Shown here: one piece after another, positions 26,255-40,862 of the stretch
Layout of the letters: each line of letters opens with the position of its first letter
Numbering within the stretch: position 1 is the stretch's first letter
From: the human T2T-CHM13v2.0 reference genome, Homo sapiens
Assembly: GCF_009914755.1 (NCBI RefSeq)
Contig: NC_060928.1
Reading direction: 5' to 3' (one strand)
Length of the DNA stretch: 64,000 bases
The notes under the pieces: model-generated
What the model saw: the letters and a program-made list of their open reading frames with translations, nothing else
The model's database searches: none
Told to the model about the DNA's origin: nothing
Program-made: the position numbers and the translations under genes

Positions 26255-26884
26255 GTAAAACCATTTCATTTAACTTTTTCTGGTACACATTTCAATGTGA
26301 TACTATCTGAAGACTCCACTGCTGCTAATCAAGTCTACTGTAACACATCTCTGTGTTTACTTGATAAAGATGGTCAAAAAGGACCATGCCTAGCATTTAT
26401 ATTTCATTTCTTTGAAAGAGTTAAATTTGTTAGCTATCAACTAGCACTATATTATGGGAGACAAGTAGTTAATTAAAAGGTCAACTAATTTCTCTCAAAA
26501 AGCTTGATAAATAAAATATTTAGATTAATTCTTGCAAATAATTCTTAAGTTATTTGTAGCACCCATTCCCAGGAATAAAAGAAGTAATATAGTGGTATAT
26601 CAGCCATGGTAATAGGCATTCCCCAGTTGTTTTTTCTTTGTTTTTCTTTTCTTTTTTTTTTTTTTTTAAGATTTGAGTGGTAGTAGAAGAACACAGTGGA
26701 AATTTCTATAAAGTTGTGATTATCCTCTGAAAAAATTTCACTCTAACTTGGGTGCTGAAGGAAATGGTTACGAATCACCACCACTCATTTTATAACAAAA
26801 GGTAGATTTAGACATAGTTCCTTGGAACTCAAAGGAGTTTTAAATTGCACAATTCCTATTAATCTAAAGTTTTAGTACTCATAA

Positions 26885-27237
<353 letters not shown>

Positions 27238-27463
27238 AGAAGTTAAATCTTTTATGGATAAGGCCTACTTAATGGAAGGGTGAGGAGTTTGGTTTCATTT
27301 TTTTTCCTTTTTATACTCCTGATTCTAGATTTTAAGAAGATACAGAATGTGAAGGAAAAGCTTGTTATTTCATTTATTTTAAAAGCCTAGTTCTTGAATA
27401 CCATACTGGATAAGAGCACCAAACACAGAAAAGTTAACTTGAGAGAGCTCATGATATCTTAAA

Positions 27464-27598
27464 CCAGCTCTTCTCAAACTTCACTGTGATTGCAGAGCAG
27501 CTGAGGGCCTCATTAAAATACAGATTTTCATGCATTTCTAGCAGGCTCCCTGAAGATCTCTATGGTGGTCCTCAACGCACATTTTGAGTAACAAGGTA
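27464..27598. mobile_element. MER5-type hAT MITE
   Basis: ttctcaaactt...tgcatttctagcaggctccc...cacattttgagtaacaagg. Confidence 0.65.
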
Positions 27599-27888
27599 TT
27601 AAAAAATTAGTCCAAAAATATATTCATTACATCCCCTAAGGTTGAAATAGAGATTTACTTAAAAATTAAAATGTGAATTAAATTCCTTAAAATAGGAATA
27701 TTCAATAAATTCAAATTGGTTCATACATTTCTTTTCATTGTAAAAGACAATATCATTTAGTGCCTCACACACAGTACTCTCAGTCATTCTTGCATTACTG
27801 TCTTACTCATTTAAAGTTAACTCTGAGCAGGACAGCATTATCATTAATGTCACAGATTCTGTGAATAAGAGAGAAACCAACATATCTA

Positions 27889-27912
27889 CGTGTGTGTGTG
27901 TGTGTGTGTGTA
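27889..27912. repeat. (TG)n microsatellite
   Basis: Directly visible. Confidence 0.9.
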
Positions 27913-28979
27913 TACAATATAAAATACCTATGACAGTCCTAGCTTATTTAAAATCTCATCAATTTTATTTAATTGTAGCAATTAAAATAAATTTATTTCA
28001 TTGCTACAGAGTTGTAGCAATTTACACTCCTACCAACAGTATTTGAAAACCATCCCCAACAGATATTATAAAAGTATTTTTTTAAATCTCTACCAATCTT
28101 ATAGGTGAAAAGGAATCTCTTTTAATTTTACTTTGCATTTCTTCTATTGTGAAAAGTTGATCATGTTTTATCATTCACTCGAGGAGCAAATAATATTGTC
28201 TTTATTTCACAAAGGAAATATTGACACCCAGAGAAGTTACCTGTTTCCTAAGGCCACAGAGCTAGAGAGTGGTGGAATTAAGTCCAAACCACTCTGTACT
28301 ACTCATGCAGGCTCCTAGACAGTCCAATACTCAGAACATCTGCAGCATTATTGTGTTTTTGACTGTACCACAGGCTGGCCTCAGTAGGTGTGCATGTGGT
28401 AGTGTGCATGATCTGATTAGCAGATCACAGACCTGTAGATTAGACTGACTGACCACTGACCTGGAGTAGTTTGCTACAGAAGGAGGGATCTTTGGCAGTC
28501 ATGTATGACAGAATGGTGAATAATATTTATGGTCATAATGAATGATTCCTTCAAGTAAGTTACACTGGGGAGAGTAATTCATGCTAAACTCAGGAGAATT
28601 CACTGCACTTCTATGTAAACAATCTATGTAAAATACTTGAGTTTTAGAATTTAAATACTGTATTTTAGAACCAATTTAGTCCTTTTCAACATTTTTTTAT
28701 TATTCATTATATTTGTAAATGTTTAAATTTGTTGTGACCCAAATCTCCCTTTCTCTCTGATGGAAAAATGAGAAGAGGGTTAGAAATTAGAATGGTAGAC
28801 AAAGAAATTTGAAATCGTTATTGGACCGTGTTAGTACAGAGCAAATTGAAAGGAAGAGATGCCTGCTTGAGTGATTGGATAACTCGTGATGATTGGCTAC
28901 GGTCCCTGGAGGATGCTTTTCTAGAATTGGTCCAAGTTTTTACCAAGAACTTAGATAAATAGGACATTGAACTTAATAT

Positions 28980-29720
28980 TGAAGATAAACTGACCAAACT
29001 ACGGTTGACTCAAATCTGGAGAGGAAAGTGACTATGTGTGCTGATACAACCAGCATTCGAAAAATTAGATTAATGGGTCACAATTAAGAAGGTGAAATGT
29101 AATGGGGTTGAGTCGAAGTTATGGCTCATAGTCGAGAAACCAGTCACACATCTGAGTGAGGGGGAAGACCTGACATATCACTAAGGGTAGAAGACTTTAG
29201 AGTTTTAGTGTGTAATGAAATCAATCTAAGCGAACCTTGTGATGTTGCTGCCAGAAATATGGACCATCTCTATAGAAATATGCTATGTTTCAAGAATGAA
29301 AATCCACTTTGGTTAAGTGGTGAATCCACTTTTGAGAATTCTTTTTTTCTAATATGAGAAGAATAGAGTTGGTCACTTAGAAGAGGATGACCTGCATGGA
29401 AAGGTATCTCCAAGCTTGTGAAAAACAGGCAAAGGAACCATAACGTTTAGCCTGGAGAAGAAATGATGCATCAGGGTTCCTTTTCAAATAATTGACTAGG
29501 GTTAGAGTTGTTCTCTGTGACCGAAAGGGGATGAGAATAGGATTGATGGGTAAAAAATACAGGGAGATTCATTTTGGCTCACTGTCATCTAAAAAGAGAA
29601 CAGGCTGACATGGAAAGAGTGAGTTATCTTGGTGGAAGCATTTGACTGGGTGACATATGGCAAGATACTGTTAAAAGGTTTTGAGCATCAGATGAAAGTT
29701 GGATTAGAAAACCTCTAAAC
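28980..29720 (+). mobile_element. CR1/L3 LINE fossil (RT domain to 3' end, heavily decayed)
   Basis: tttagcctggagaagaaa (CR1 'FSLEKRR' motif, ~29446), ccttgtgatgttgctgccagaaa ('QCDVAAKK'-like), ttgttctctgtgacc. May extend to ~28670 (cttttcaacatttttt, 'LFNIF'). Confidence 0.65.
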
Positions 29721-29974
29721 CAGCTCTGAGAGCCTGATTCAGAATGGAATGTGGAAATAGTCCCAAGAAATTCAGTGAGCAGGATTCTAGCTTGGAAAGA
29801 AGGATGGGAAGACCAAAAGATGGCAGAGAGTTGGAAGGCAGGATATGTGAGGATGGAATTGCAGAATATATTTTTAGAATATGTTGAGAGAATTATAACC
29901 CAGCACTGATGGGAAAATACTAATAAAGCTTACCTTTTCATGGTTTTTTATTCTAGGAAATTCAGGTGGATGGA

Positions 29975-30035
29975 GTGTATGTGTGTGTGTGTGTGTGTAT
30001 GTGTGTGTGTGTATGTATGTGTATGTGTGTGTGTA
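29975..30035. repeat. (TG)n/(TATG)n microsatellite
   Basis: Directly visible. Confidence 0.9.
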
Positions 30036-30070
30036 TCACATGTGAAGGCCAGAGAAGAATATAAAAAATC

Positions 30071-30372
<302 letters not shown>

Positions 30373-31339
30373 TTTCTGTGTATTATTCTAATTACCAAGC
30401 TAATTATTTACCTATTTCTATCTAGATTATACCACTTATAAAAGAATATGTGTTTGGATATCCAATTATGGATGATTTTAATGATGTGCAGTTCTAATCC
30501 AAGATCCAGATTTGTAAATATTCTTATATGCTAATATTTCTAAGAAAACTCTCAAAACTCAAAACCTTAAGAAATAGCTGCAAAATAAGTGCATTTGCTA
30601 GCTGCCTTTCATGGTGCTATTAGGTTTTATCACATTCAGTCACAGTGAGATGTGAAATTAACAATGCCTCTAAGAAATGGAAAATTGTGCTGCTGACAGA
30701 CATGGTGATGCGCTGCAGGTATGTAGCTGTGGCCCTGGGGACACACCCTTCTCCTGTGTGTGTCAAAGCTAGAACTAAGGCCCTTTTCCTGGAACCTTGA
30801 TCTCTGGAGAACAAGGATTAAGGGCAACTGACTCAGCACTCTGTCTGCCACTGATAGCTACAAGGAATTTGCTTACATATGTATCAAGTATGCCAGCATG
30901 TACATACAAGTATGTCTATTTCAGCATTAAAACATTATTTTAAAATACACATAAATGTAAAATAAATCAACAATATAAGTGAAAGCTTTCTACCATCCCT
31001 GACTCCCATTCACCACCCAGCAAGATGCAGCCAGTTTCTTGATTATGTTCTCAGAGAGATATTTTTGGATACAATGGCATTCTCTTCTGTGCCTTGCCTT
31101 TGTCACTTATCGATACTACCTTAAGAGTTAACAGGAAGAACATGGACTTTGAAGCCAGAATACCTGGTCTGGAACCCAGCACCACCACATACTAGCTTTG
31201 ACCTTGAGCAAGTTACTTAAATGGGGATAATAAGTACTATCCACTAAACATATGTAAGGCATTTCAAGCAGTGCCTCGCCCAGAGTTACCACTAAAATAG
31301 TATTAGCCATTGTGGCTGAAGCATGTCCCCTGTCAGTAC

Positions 31340-31930
31340 ATACAGAACACCCTCATTCTTATTTATGGCTGGCTGCTATTCCATTACTCATCAGATGTAC
31401 CACAATGTATTTAGCCAGCCCTCCACAGAGGAACATAAGTTGTTTCAAGACTTTAGGTAGTTCAGACAGTAGTGCAGTGAATAACCCTATACATTCATTA
31501 TTTAATATATGTTAGACTATATCCATAGAATAAATTCCTAAATGTGGAATTGCTATGTCAAAAGAGAATTTGTATTTTGAATTTTGATAGATTTTATTAA
31601 ATTGCCCTTTATAAAGGTTGTAGCAATTTACACTTCTTCCTACAATATTTGAAAACCATTCCCAATATATTATAAAAGTATTTTCAAAATCTTTGCCAAT
31701 CTTATAGGTTAAAAGGAATCTCTTTTAATTTTACTTTGCATTTCTTTTATTGTGAAAAGTTGATCACATTTTCATATATTTGTCATTTTTTCTCTGATGT
31801 TCTTTATTTTTCTTTAGTATTTTTATTGATTTATGGAAGTTTTCTATACAAAAAGAAAAATTATCCTTTTTTAATTTGTTGCAAATATTTAAAAACATTT
31901 TTGTTTGTCTATTTTATGGTATTTTTATCT
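31340..31930 (-). mobile_element. Old L1M (L1ME-like) fragment
   Basis: taaattcctaaatgtggaattgct...gttgtagcaatttacact...tttgcatttctt are reverse L1 ORF2-end motifs. Confidence 0.7.
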
Positions 31931-34314
31931 TAACATGCAAATTTGGAAACTTAAATGTTCTTCAGTAAGAAATTGGCTAAATGGTTATTGGCATACTTGC
32001 AGCAATGCAAAGTGTATTTGCTACCATAGAAAAATGGTTATACAAGAAGCAACTTACAACACTGCAAATATAGTATTCCTTTTTTTAAAAAAAGTTCATA
32101 TTCATGTGCATTTATGTGAATGTATTACATAAGAAAAGTTCAGAAGTCAAAACCTTCACAAATACCTCTAGATTTTGTGAATTGAAAATTTAAAGGCACC
32201 AACCACTACAGAATTAAAAATAAATAAACTAACATTTTATAACCCAACTTTCTGGTCAAGTTTTGCAGCATCTATTATTTACCCTCCCTCCCCAAAATTC
32301 TTGAGATATTGTGATACTGTAAACTGAATGAATGTTTAATATAATTGTACATTTATCACCAGAATTATGAAATCAGAAGTGAAAATTTTAATAGGTAACT
32401 TGCTTGACACTGAATCAATTTTTCCCTTAGTTAATGTTCCAACTTGTATCATTTCCTTTATTACAAAGGGAACGAATTCTTCATGGCCAAAAAAAAAAAA
32501 AAAACGGCAAAAGCAAAACCTGGTGCGCACAGAGTAGCTCTACAGAGGAAGAACAATCATAACCTCATTTATCATGTTGTAAATTTTAGAGTTTTAAATG
32601 CATATGCAAAGAATACCTTGGTGTGTTAGGTTGTCTTGTTTGCAGGTAGCGTCTGGCAGAATGGTATCAGTGTACATTCCACAGGGACTTAATCCTTGTT
32701 TTCTCGAAACTTGCAGGTTAACTGTAATAACCTTATATCTTAGTCTTAACCAGAGTACCTGTGATGATTCAAAAGCTGACTTATAGTGAGACATGTAAAT
32801 ATTTTGGCCCAAAATATTGTTTGGATTAGTTTGTGGAGGAAGGGGACAAGGGAAGTGGGAGAAAGATTCTTAAGACATTATGTATTTTTAGTGATTCAAG
32901 TACGTGAATCAAGGATCTATTTCCCTGCAGTTTTTTGCTGTATCCTTGGAACATCATTCGTTGATTCAAACATCCTTAAACACCTGCTGCCTGCTAGCAG
33001 GGTAACACAGAGGTTTGGGGGAAACTTTGGTTCAGACTTTTAAGTTGTTCACAACCTGCTGGGGAGCCCTTAGCACAGAGGCTGGCACACAGTAAGTGCA
33101 CAGAAATCACCTGTGACCTATAGAGCTCCGACGGGACTTGTTAGAGAAGACACTGGAATAAAAAGTTAATACCAAATTTTATCATGTCCTGTATAAATTA
33201 AGCATAAGAAAGAGATGATAGTTTATATCTGTTAACTGAAAACTAAATGGGATTACTACCAAAATAGATACACATGTTCAACATTCCAACCATTTTTCTA
33301 TGGAAAAACCAGTGTTGAAACATACAGTGTGTTTTCAGTTGACTGAGATAAAATAGCCTGAGGGAATGTCATTTGTACATGGATCAAGTTTCAAAATACT
33401 ACTTGCAACTTTCTCTCTCTTGAGAAGCAGCACCCCCCACTTCACTGCTGCTTAACCATTTTTTTTCTAATGCAGTTTCCTTAACAACAGAGGGAAGAAA
33501 ACTCTGTAGCCCTAGGGATCTGAGAACATCATCAAAGTGGTCTATCTAAAGTGAAAGTTTTTATTAATATTTGTGTTCATGTATATATAATAGGACATAT
33601 TTATAGAATAGATATGATATAGATTTGTTTTACTATAAAAATGTTTTAAATGGCTTACCTCCAAATAAAATTGAAGCTCCAGGAAGACGGGGAGGGTTTC
33701 CTGAATACCTCTGTATCTTCCTGGTGTTAGATTTACACCAGTGTGAGAAGCTCTGCCAACTCTGATTTTTTTTTTAAAGAACCTTTACGTTTAGAGATTT
33801 TTTTTTTTTAAGTTGGGGGAGGAGAGAATAAGCAGATATAGGGCCCTTTAAATCACCATCTGCTTTACTGTTCAGAGGTTAATTATCCACCAGAAAATTC
33901 TCCCTAGAAATTTAGGGTCAGTTTTACCAAACCACCAAGCCAGATCGCCAGGGGTGTTGGACAACGTTATCATAAACTGGTGAGGGTCACAAGGTGGTGA
34001 ATGTGTATATGTTGTTGTATGCCTATATGTCTGATCATATTCCACTGGAAATATTCATAGTGTTTGGTTACTAATTATTGTGTGTCTCTGGCATTACTTG
34101 TACTTTCCATGAGCAAAGTAAGTGAATGTTTTCTGTAAACACATACCATAGAACTTAAGACAGGCATACAAATAAGTCATATTTTTCTTCTTCAAAAATC
34201 TGGAATTCTTTACAAAGAAAAGAAAAAAAAAACAAAACTAAAACTCCTGTCCATGCTGCTTGTTCTAGAAAGGGATATTGGCACATACACACAGCCCTGC
34301 TTTTCCCATTCCAG

Positions 34315-34571
34315 GTGGACAATATCTGACAGTGTCGGCAGCCAAAGCCCCAGGGGGAAAAGCTGCACGCTTGGTGCTACCTCTCGGCCGCCTCATGCAT
34401 TCAGGGGACCTGTGCCTGTCATTCAGGCACAAGGTGACGGGGCTGCACTCTGGCACACTCCAGGTGTTTGTGAGAAAACACGGTGCCCACGGAGCAGCCC
34501 TGTGGGGAAGAAATGGTGGCCATGGCTGGAGGCAAACACAGATCACCTTGCGAGGGGCTGACATCAAGAGC
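34315..34571 (+). CDS. NPNT: Nephronectin coding exon 11, MAM domain
   Basis: ttttcccattccag| ... AGC|gtaagt, 257 bp, phase 1-0. (G)GQYLTVSAAKAPGGKAARLVLPLGRLMHSGDLCLSFRHK...LRGADIKS. Confidence 0.97.
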
Positions 34572-36021
34572 GTAAGTAGATCCACAAAGGAGGCAGGACC
34601 TGGGACGTTTTCCTTTCATAGGAGAACTCTGGGATCTGAATTTGAAGAAGCCTTGCTGTGTGAATTCAGGCTCAGATAAAGGTTTGGGTTTTTTTCTGGG
34701 CCTGATGACTCCATTCAGTGTCTCTTTCTGAAACCACTTTCTGCTTCTTCATCCTTCTTCATTGCAACCTGTGATCACCACCTCTCCCTAACCCTGGTAA
34801 AGATCCATTTTTTTTTAATGGAAAAAAAAATCTAGGAATAGAAAAGTTTTTTTGGTTTTTTTTAAAGTTGATCAACAGAAACTTCCAAGGGTGGGGTGGT
34901 GAGCTTAATTGTTCCTGCTTTCCCTTTCCTTTTAATTCCTTAGATTTCAAACTTTTACTACCATAAATTACCCAGGAGATGGTTCTTTTTTCTTTTTTGA
35001 AATGTTTCTTTCAAGTTCAAATTTTTTTCTTTGTTTCAGAGATCACAGTTAAGCAGCGTAGGGTGGGAACTCAGAACTACAATTGGAAAGCACTATTCTA
35101 TTCAGGACAGGATGTGGGAAGTGCTTTGATGGAATATATAAATTTGATCTTAAGTAATCAAGACATAGGTAGCAAAAAAATGGTCTAGGGCATCCCAACA
35201 AAATTATGAATGCATTTGGGAAAATGTCATCATTTTGCTGGTGCTTATGAAACTTGCTGTTGGGAGATACCTATGCCTGTATGTAGGTATAGTTTATAAG
35301 AAACCATTTTAGAAAGAAAAGATAGATTCCATTAATACAGTTTTTATCAGAGTACTTGGATTTTGTTTAATTCTTACATATTTTTTCTTAAAACTTTTCT
35401 CAGTATTTTTATTGTTTAGAGAAATAAAACAAGATAATCATTTTAAATCATAGCACTTAGGTTTTCTCTTGTTTTATAAGGAGCAAGGATGCTCTATAGA
35501 AAATATAATGTAAGAATAATAAAAGTTTTTGGTTTTTACATAGGTAAAGCAACAGTGTGATTGGATTATGGTGTTTGATTCTATTCCATTTTCAGCAAGA
35601 AAGCGATGTTAACCACAAAGGAACTAAGAAACATTTAAGATAGGCTGTGTGATTATGATCTTTCAGATCTTTGGCTCCTAATATCTGTTCCTTTATATTC
35701 TATCACACTCTTCTAACTTTGGTAATCCTTGACAAAAGTGTGCACTTTATAAACAATCCTAAATCGAATTGGTCTATAGCTTAGAATGGCTTTTTAAAGA
35801 ATAATTGATTCTGAGTAATGTGGTCTGATGAACAGTTTGATGACTTCAGTTTCTACTGAAAGAGAAGCTTCAGTGATACTGGCAACTATATTCTGTTTTT
35901 TTCCTCCTGCAAAATAAGTTTAAAATTGGTTTGGGGGAAGGTTTGCCTTTATTTTTGCTTAATAAGGAGGCATTAGAAAGGGGCAGAGGAGGCTTGACTG
36001 GTGTGTGCATTCTCTCCCTAG

Positions 36022-36117
36022 GTCGTCTTCAAAGGTGAAAAAAGGCGTGGTCACACTGGGGAGATTGGATTAGATGATGTGAGCTTGAAAAAAGGCCACT
36101 GCTCTGAAGAACGCTAA
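36022..36117 (+). CDS. NPNT: Nephronectin last coding exon 12, end of MAM domain and stop
   Basis: ttctctccctag|GTC, phase 0. VVFKGEKRRGHTGEIGLDDVSLKKGHCSEER then TAA at 36115-36117. Confidence 0.97.
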   Translation, partial: VVFKGEKRRGHTGEIGLDDVSLKKGHCSEER

Positions 36118-38800
36118 CAACTCCAGAACTAACAATGAACTCCTATGTTGCTCTATCCTCTTTTTCCAATTCTCATCTTCTCTCCTCTTCTCCCTTTTAT
36201 CAGGCCTAGGAGAAGAGTGGGTCAGTGGGTCAGAAGGAAGTCTATTTGGTGACCCAGGTTTTTCTGGCCTGCTTTTGTGCAATCCCAATGAACAGTGATA
36301 CCCTCCTTGAAATACAGGGGCATCGCAGACACATCAAAGCCATCTGTGGGTGTTGCCTTCCATCCTGTGTCTCTTTCAGGAAGGCATTCAGCATGCGTGA
36401 GCCATACCATCCTCCATCCTGATTACAAGGTGCTCCTTGTAGCAAATTATGAGAGTGAGTTACGGGAGCAGTTTTTAAAAGAAATCTTTGCAGATGGCTA
36501 TGATGTTATGTGTTCGGTGTTGTACCATGAGTAGTATTGACTTCCCTTGAGATATGATGTACAATGTGCTTGTGAAATTGACTTACCCTCTTCACTTAAG
36601 TTAGTTCTGGCCTGACCTGAACTCTGACTTTTACTGCCATTCACTTTATAAAATAAGGGTGTGTAACATATCAAGATACATTTATTTTTATCTGTTTTTT
36701 TTTTCCTGTTAAAGACAATTATGTAGAGTGGGCACGTAATCCCTCCTTAGTAGTATTGTGTTTTGTGTAAATGTGCTATTGATATTAAGTATTTACATGT
36801 TCCAAATATTTACAGACTCTAGTTGCAAGGTAAAGGGCAGCTTGTGATCTCAAAAAAATACATGGTGAAATGTCATCCAGTTCCATGACCTTATATTGGC
36901 AGCAGTAGGAAATTGGCAGAAGTGTTGGGTTGTGGTAACGGAGTGATGAATTTTTTTTTAATGGCCTTGAGTTTGATCTCTGCAAAGGATAGGAAACCTT
37001 TAGGAAGACAAGAAACTGCAGTTAATTTAGAACTGTCACTGTTTCAAGTTACACTTTAAAACCACAGCTTTTACCATCATAACATGGCTCTGGTAATATG
37101 TAGGAAGCTTTATAAAAGTTTTGGTTGATTCAGAAAAAGGATCCTGTTGCAGAGTGAGAGGAAGCATAGGGGGAAACTCCATTGGAACAGATTTTCACAC
37201 AACGTTTTAAATTGATATAAGTTTAGGCAGTTGTAGTTCATAACTTATGTTGCTCATGTTGTGCTGTGTCAGGATGGGATAGGAAGCAAGTCCCATGCTT
37301 AGAGGCATGGGATGTGTTGGAACGGGATTTACACACACTGGAGGAGCAGGGCAAGTTGGAATTCTAAGATCCATGAACCCCCAACTGTATTTCCTCCCTG
37401 CATATTTTACCAATATATTAAAAAACAATGTAACTTTTAAAAGGCATCATTCCTGAGGTTTGTCTTAATTTCTGATTAAGTAATCAGAATATTTTCTGCT
37501 ATTTTTGCCAGGAATCACAAAGATGATTAAAGGGTTGGAAAAAAAGATCTATGATGGAAAATTAAAGGAACTGGGATTATTGAGCCTGGAGAAGAGAAGA
37601 CTGAGGGGCAAACCATTGATGGTTTTCAAGTATATGAAGGGTTGGCACAGAGAGGGTGGCGACCAGCTGTTCTCCATATGCACTAAGAATAGAACAAGAG
37701 GAAACTGGCTTAGACTAGAGTATAAGGGAGCATTTCTTGGCAGGGGCCATTGTTAGAATACTTCATAAAAAAAGAAGTGTGAAAATCTCAGTATCTCTCT
37801 CTCTTTCTAAAAAATTAGATAAAAATTTGTCTATTTAAGATGGTTAAAGATGTTCTTACCCAAGGAAAAGTAACAAATTATAGAATTTCCCAAAAGATGT
37901 TTTGATCCTACTAGTAGTATGCAGTGAAAATCTTTAGAACTAAATAATTTGGACAAGGCTTAATTTAGGCATTTCCCTCTTGACCTCCTAATGGAGAGGG
38001 ATTGAAAGGGGAAGAGCCCACCAAATGCTGAGCTCACTGAAATATCTCTCCCTTATGGCAATCCTAGCAGTATTAAAGAAAAAAGGAAACTATTTATTCC
38101 AAATGAGAGTATGATGGACAGATATTTTAGTATCTCAGTAATGTCCTAGTGTGGCGGTGGTTTTCAATGTTTCTTCATGGTAAAGGTATAAGCCTTTCAT
38201 TTGTTCAATGGATGATGTTTCAGATTTTTTTTTTTTTAAGAGATCCTTCAAGGAACACAGTTCAGAGAGATTTTCATCGGGTGCATTCTCTCTGCTTCGT
38301 GTGTGACAAGTTATCTTGGCTGCTGAGAAAGAGTGCCCTGCCCCACACCGGCAGACCTTTCCTTCACCTCATCAGTATGATTCAGTTTCTCTTATCAATT
38401 GGACTCTCCCAGGTTCCACAGAACAGTAATATTTTTTGAACAATAGGTACAATAGAAGGTCTTCTGTCATTTAACCTGGTAAAGGCAGGGCTGGAGGGGG
38501 AAAATAAATCATTAAGCCTTTGAGTAACGGCAGAATATATGGCTATAGATCCATTTTTAATGGTTCATTTCCTTTATGGTCATATAACTGCACAGCTGAA
38601 GATGAAAGGGGAAAATAAATGAAAATTTTACTTTTCGATGCCAATGATACATTGCACTAAACTGATGGAAGAAGTTATCCAAAGTACTGTATAACATCTT
38701 GTTTATTATTTAATGTTTTCTAAAATAAAAAATGTTAGTGGTTTTCCAAATGGCCTAATAAAAACAATTATTTGTAAATAAAAACACTGTTAGTAATACC
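36118..38800 (+). other. NPNT: NPNT 3' UTR (3' end approximate)
   Basis: Follows the stop codon and ends at a cluster of AATAAA signals with a downstream GU/U-rich tract. Confidence 0.8.
37508..37860 (+). mobile_element. CR1/L3 LINE 3' fragment in the NPNT 3' UTR
   Basis: Translates TKMIKGLE...LKELGLLSLEKRRLRG..MVFKYMKG...GDQLFS...RTRGN, the characteristic CR1 ORF2 C-terminal domain. Confidence 0.9.
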
Positions 38801-38838
38801 AGTTGTCTATTCTTGTTTTTTGAGTTTTGTTTTTTTTT
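38724..38838 (+). terminator. Polyadenylation signal cluster
   Basis: AATAAA at 38724, 38757 and 38777, followed by the U/GU-rich tract tcttgtttttgagttttgttttt at ~38811-38838. Confidence 0.8.
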
Positions 38839-39096
38839 GACTTGGAAAAAAGCATTGAGGTAGTTAAATGATGTTTCACAAAAGTCATAGTAGAATCCCT
38901 TTTACTGTTTGGATGGTGGGAACAAAGATGTTGCCTGCAGTATTATACTTTCTAGGTTATAAAACATGAGACACTTTATTTTTTTTATCAGCATGAACAG
39001 GGAAAGAGATCAGAAGATCACTATAACCCATGCCATGCCTTAGTAAATTGCTTTAGTTATGTTTTATTATCATTTCATTGTAAACATTTGCTTTAA

Positions 39097-39421
<325 letters not shown>

Positions 39422-40109
39422 TGCTTTCAATTCTATTATGGAAAGGCAGATTAAGCTATAAGTAAATATACAAATATGTGAATTATAAGTGAAAAGTCTT
39501 TTTTTACTGTAATTTTATTTATAACACTTTACTCATACTCTAATAACCTTTCCTGGAGAAAACAACTACAACAAAAAAATTTTTAAATTATACAAGAATA
39601 AAAATTAGTCCTCATGCAGAATTATAGAGAATATACTCAATAGTTTCTCTCTTTCCAATATGCAGAGAATTCTTAGCTGGGGACATAAAATCTTGGATAA
39701 ATACATAATTCAAGCAAAAAGTAAGGAATAACTTATCTCAGAGATCCTTCATAATCATCCCTCAGAGATCTGAGAAAGTTCAGGTTTTCTGAGTATGTTA
39801 ATTAAGAAGTTAAACCTCTTCTGAAACCTATTTGAGGTTGTGGGTTGGGAGGAGCAGATAACGATGAGATTCCAGGGTGTAGTTCATTGATTTAGTCAGC
39901 AGATTTTCAAATACCCATGTGTAAGGAAAGGGAGGGGGGCTCTAGGGTCCGACAGTGGGAGATTTCCCCTTTTAGTGTTTCAGTCTTGAGAGGGAGGTGG
40001 ACATTTATCAAAGTCATATAAATTAATGCAAAATTGCTGTTCTGAATAAATAGGCGGTGTTTTGAAGGTTCTGGAACCATGGTGGATTTCAAGACTCTCA
40101 CCCATTGCT

Positions 40110-40266
40110 TTTCATTTTAAGGTGCATGGGAAGCACCTGGAATCTTGTTAAAATGCAGCTTTTGATTTAATGAATCTGGAGTGAGGCTTGAGATGCTTCA
40201 TTTCTAACCAGTTCCCAGGTGATGCCTATGCTCCTTGTCCTGGTTCCACAATTTGAGTAACAAGGC
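40110..40266. mobile_element. MER5-type hAT MITE
   Basis: cacctggaatcttgttaaaatgcag...catttctaaccagttcccaggtgatg...tttgagtaacaagg. Confidence 0.8.
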
Positions 40267-40862
40267 CTTAATGGTAAGTGTACTGAGGGAGATTAGGGCC
40301 TTCATCTTCATTAACATTCACGGCTGGAAGGCCTGAGGGCCCATAGTTGCAAGATCTGGATTCGTAAAAATTTACAAAGTCCCAGTGTATTTTTTTTCTT
40401 TCAAAAACTTCTTTTCTGAGCATGGAATATTTAAACTTGCCCACCTGGTGCAGAACATTGCTTTTTAAACAACTGGCAGGGCCTTCGGAATAAGGAAGTT
40501 ATAATTGAGGACACTTAAATATAAGTGAGGCAGTGATCCAGGAAGCCTGTATTTTAAAAGACAAAGGGACATTCATGAATTGGAGAGCATTGCTTTTCAG
40601 GGCTCCAGGACTCAGAAACTTGAAAGCAATCTGAAATTCCAGTAGAGGTGAGTTCCAATTTGATTTTTCTGGGATTAATTCATTAAAAGCTAAAAACTGA
40701 GCCCTCACTCATAACCTGATATGTAATTTCGAGGAGTATAGATGACCGACCCTGGAGGCTCTGTTCTGTTGTTTTACGCAAATCTTCATTTTCTAGACCA
40801 AGCCCCACTCTGGTGTTCGGGATCTGCTTGCAGACACTCGTGATTTGTAGGGTCATCCAAAG

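Noticed and set aside
34253-34619. Overlapping ORFs in other frames and strands at exon 11
   Set aside because: By-products of a GC-rich coding exon; only the MAM frame has splice-consistent support.
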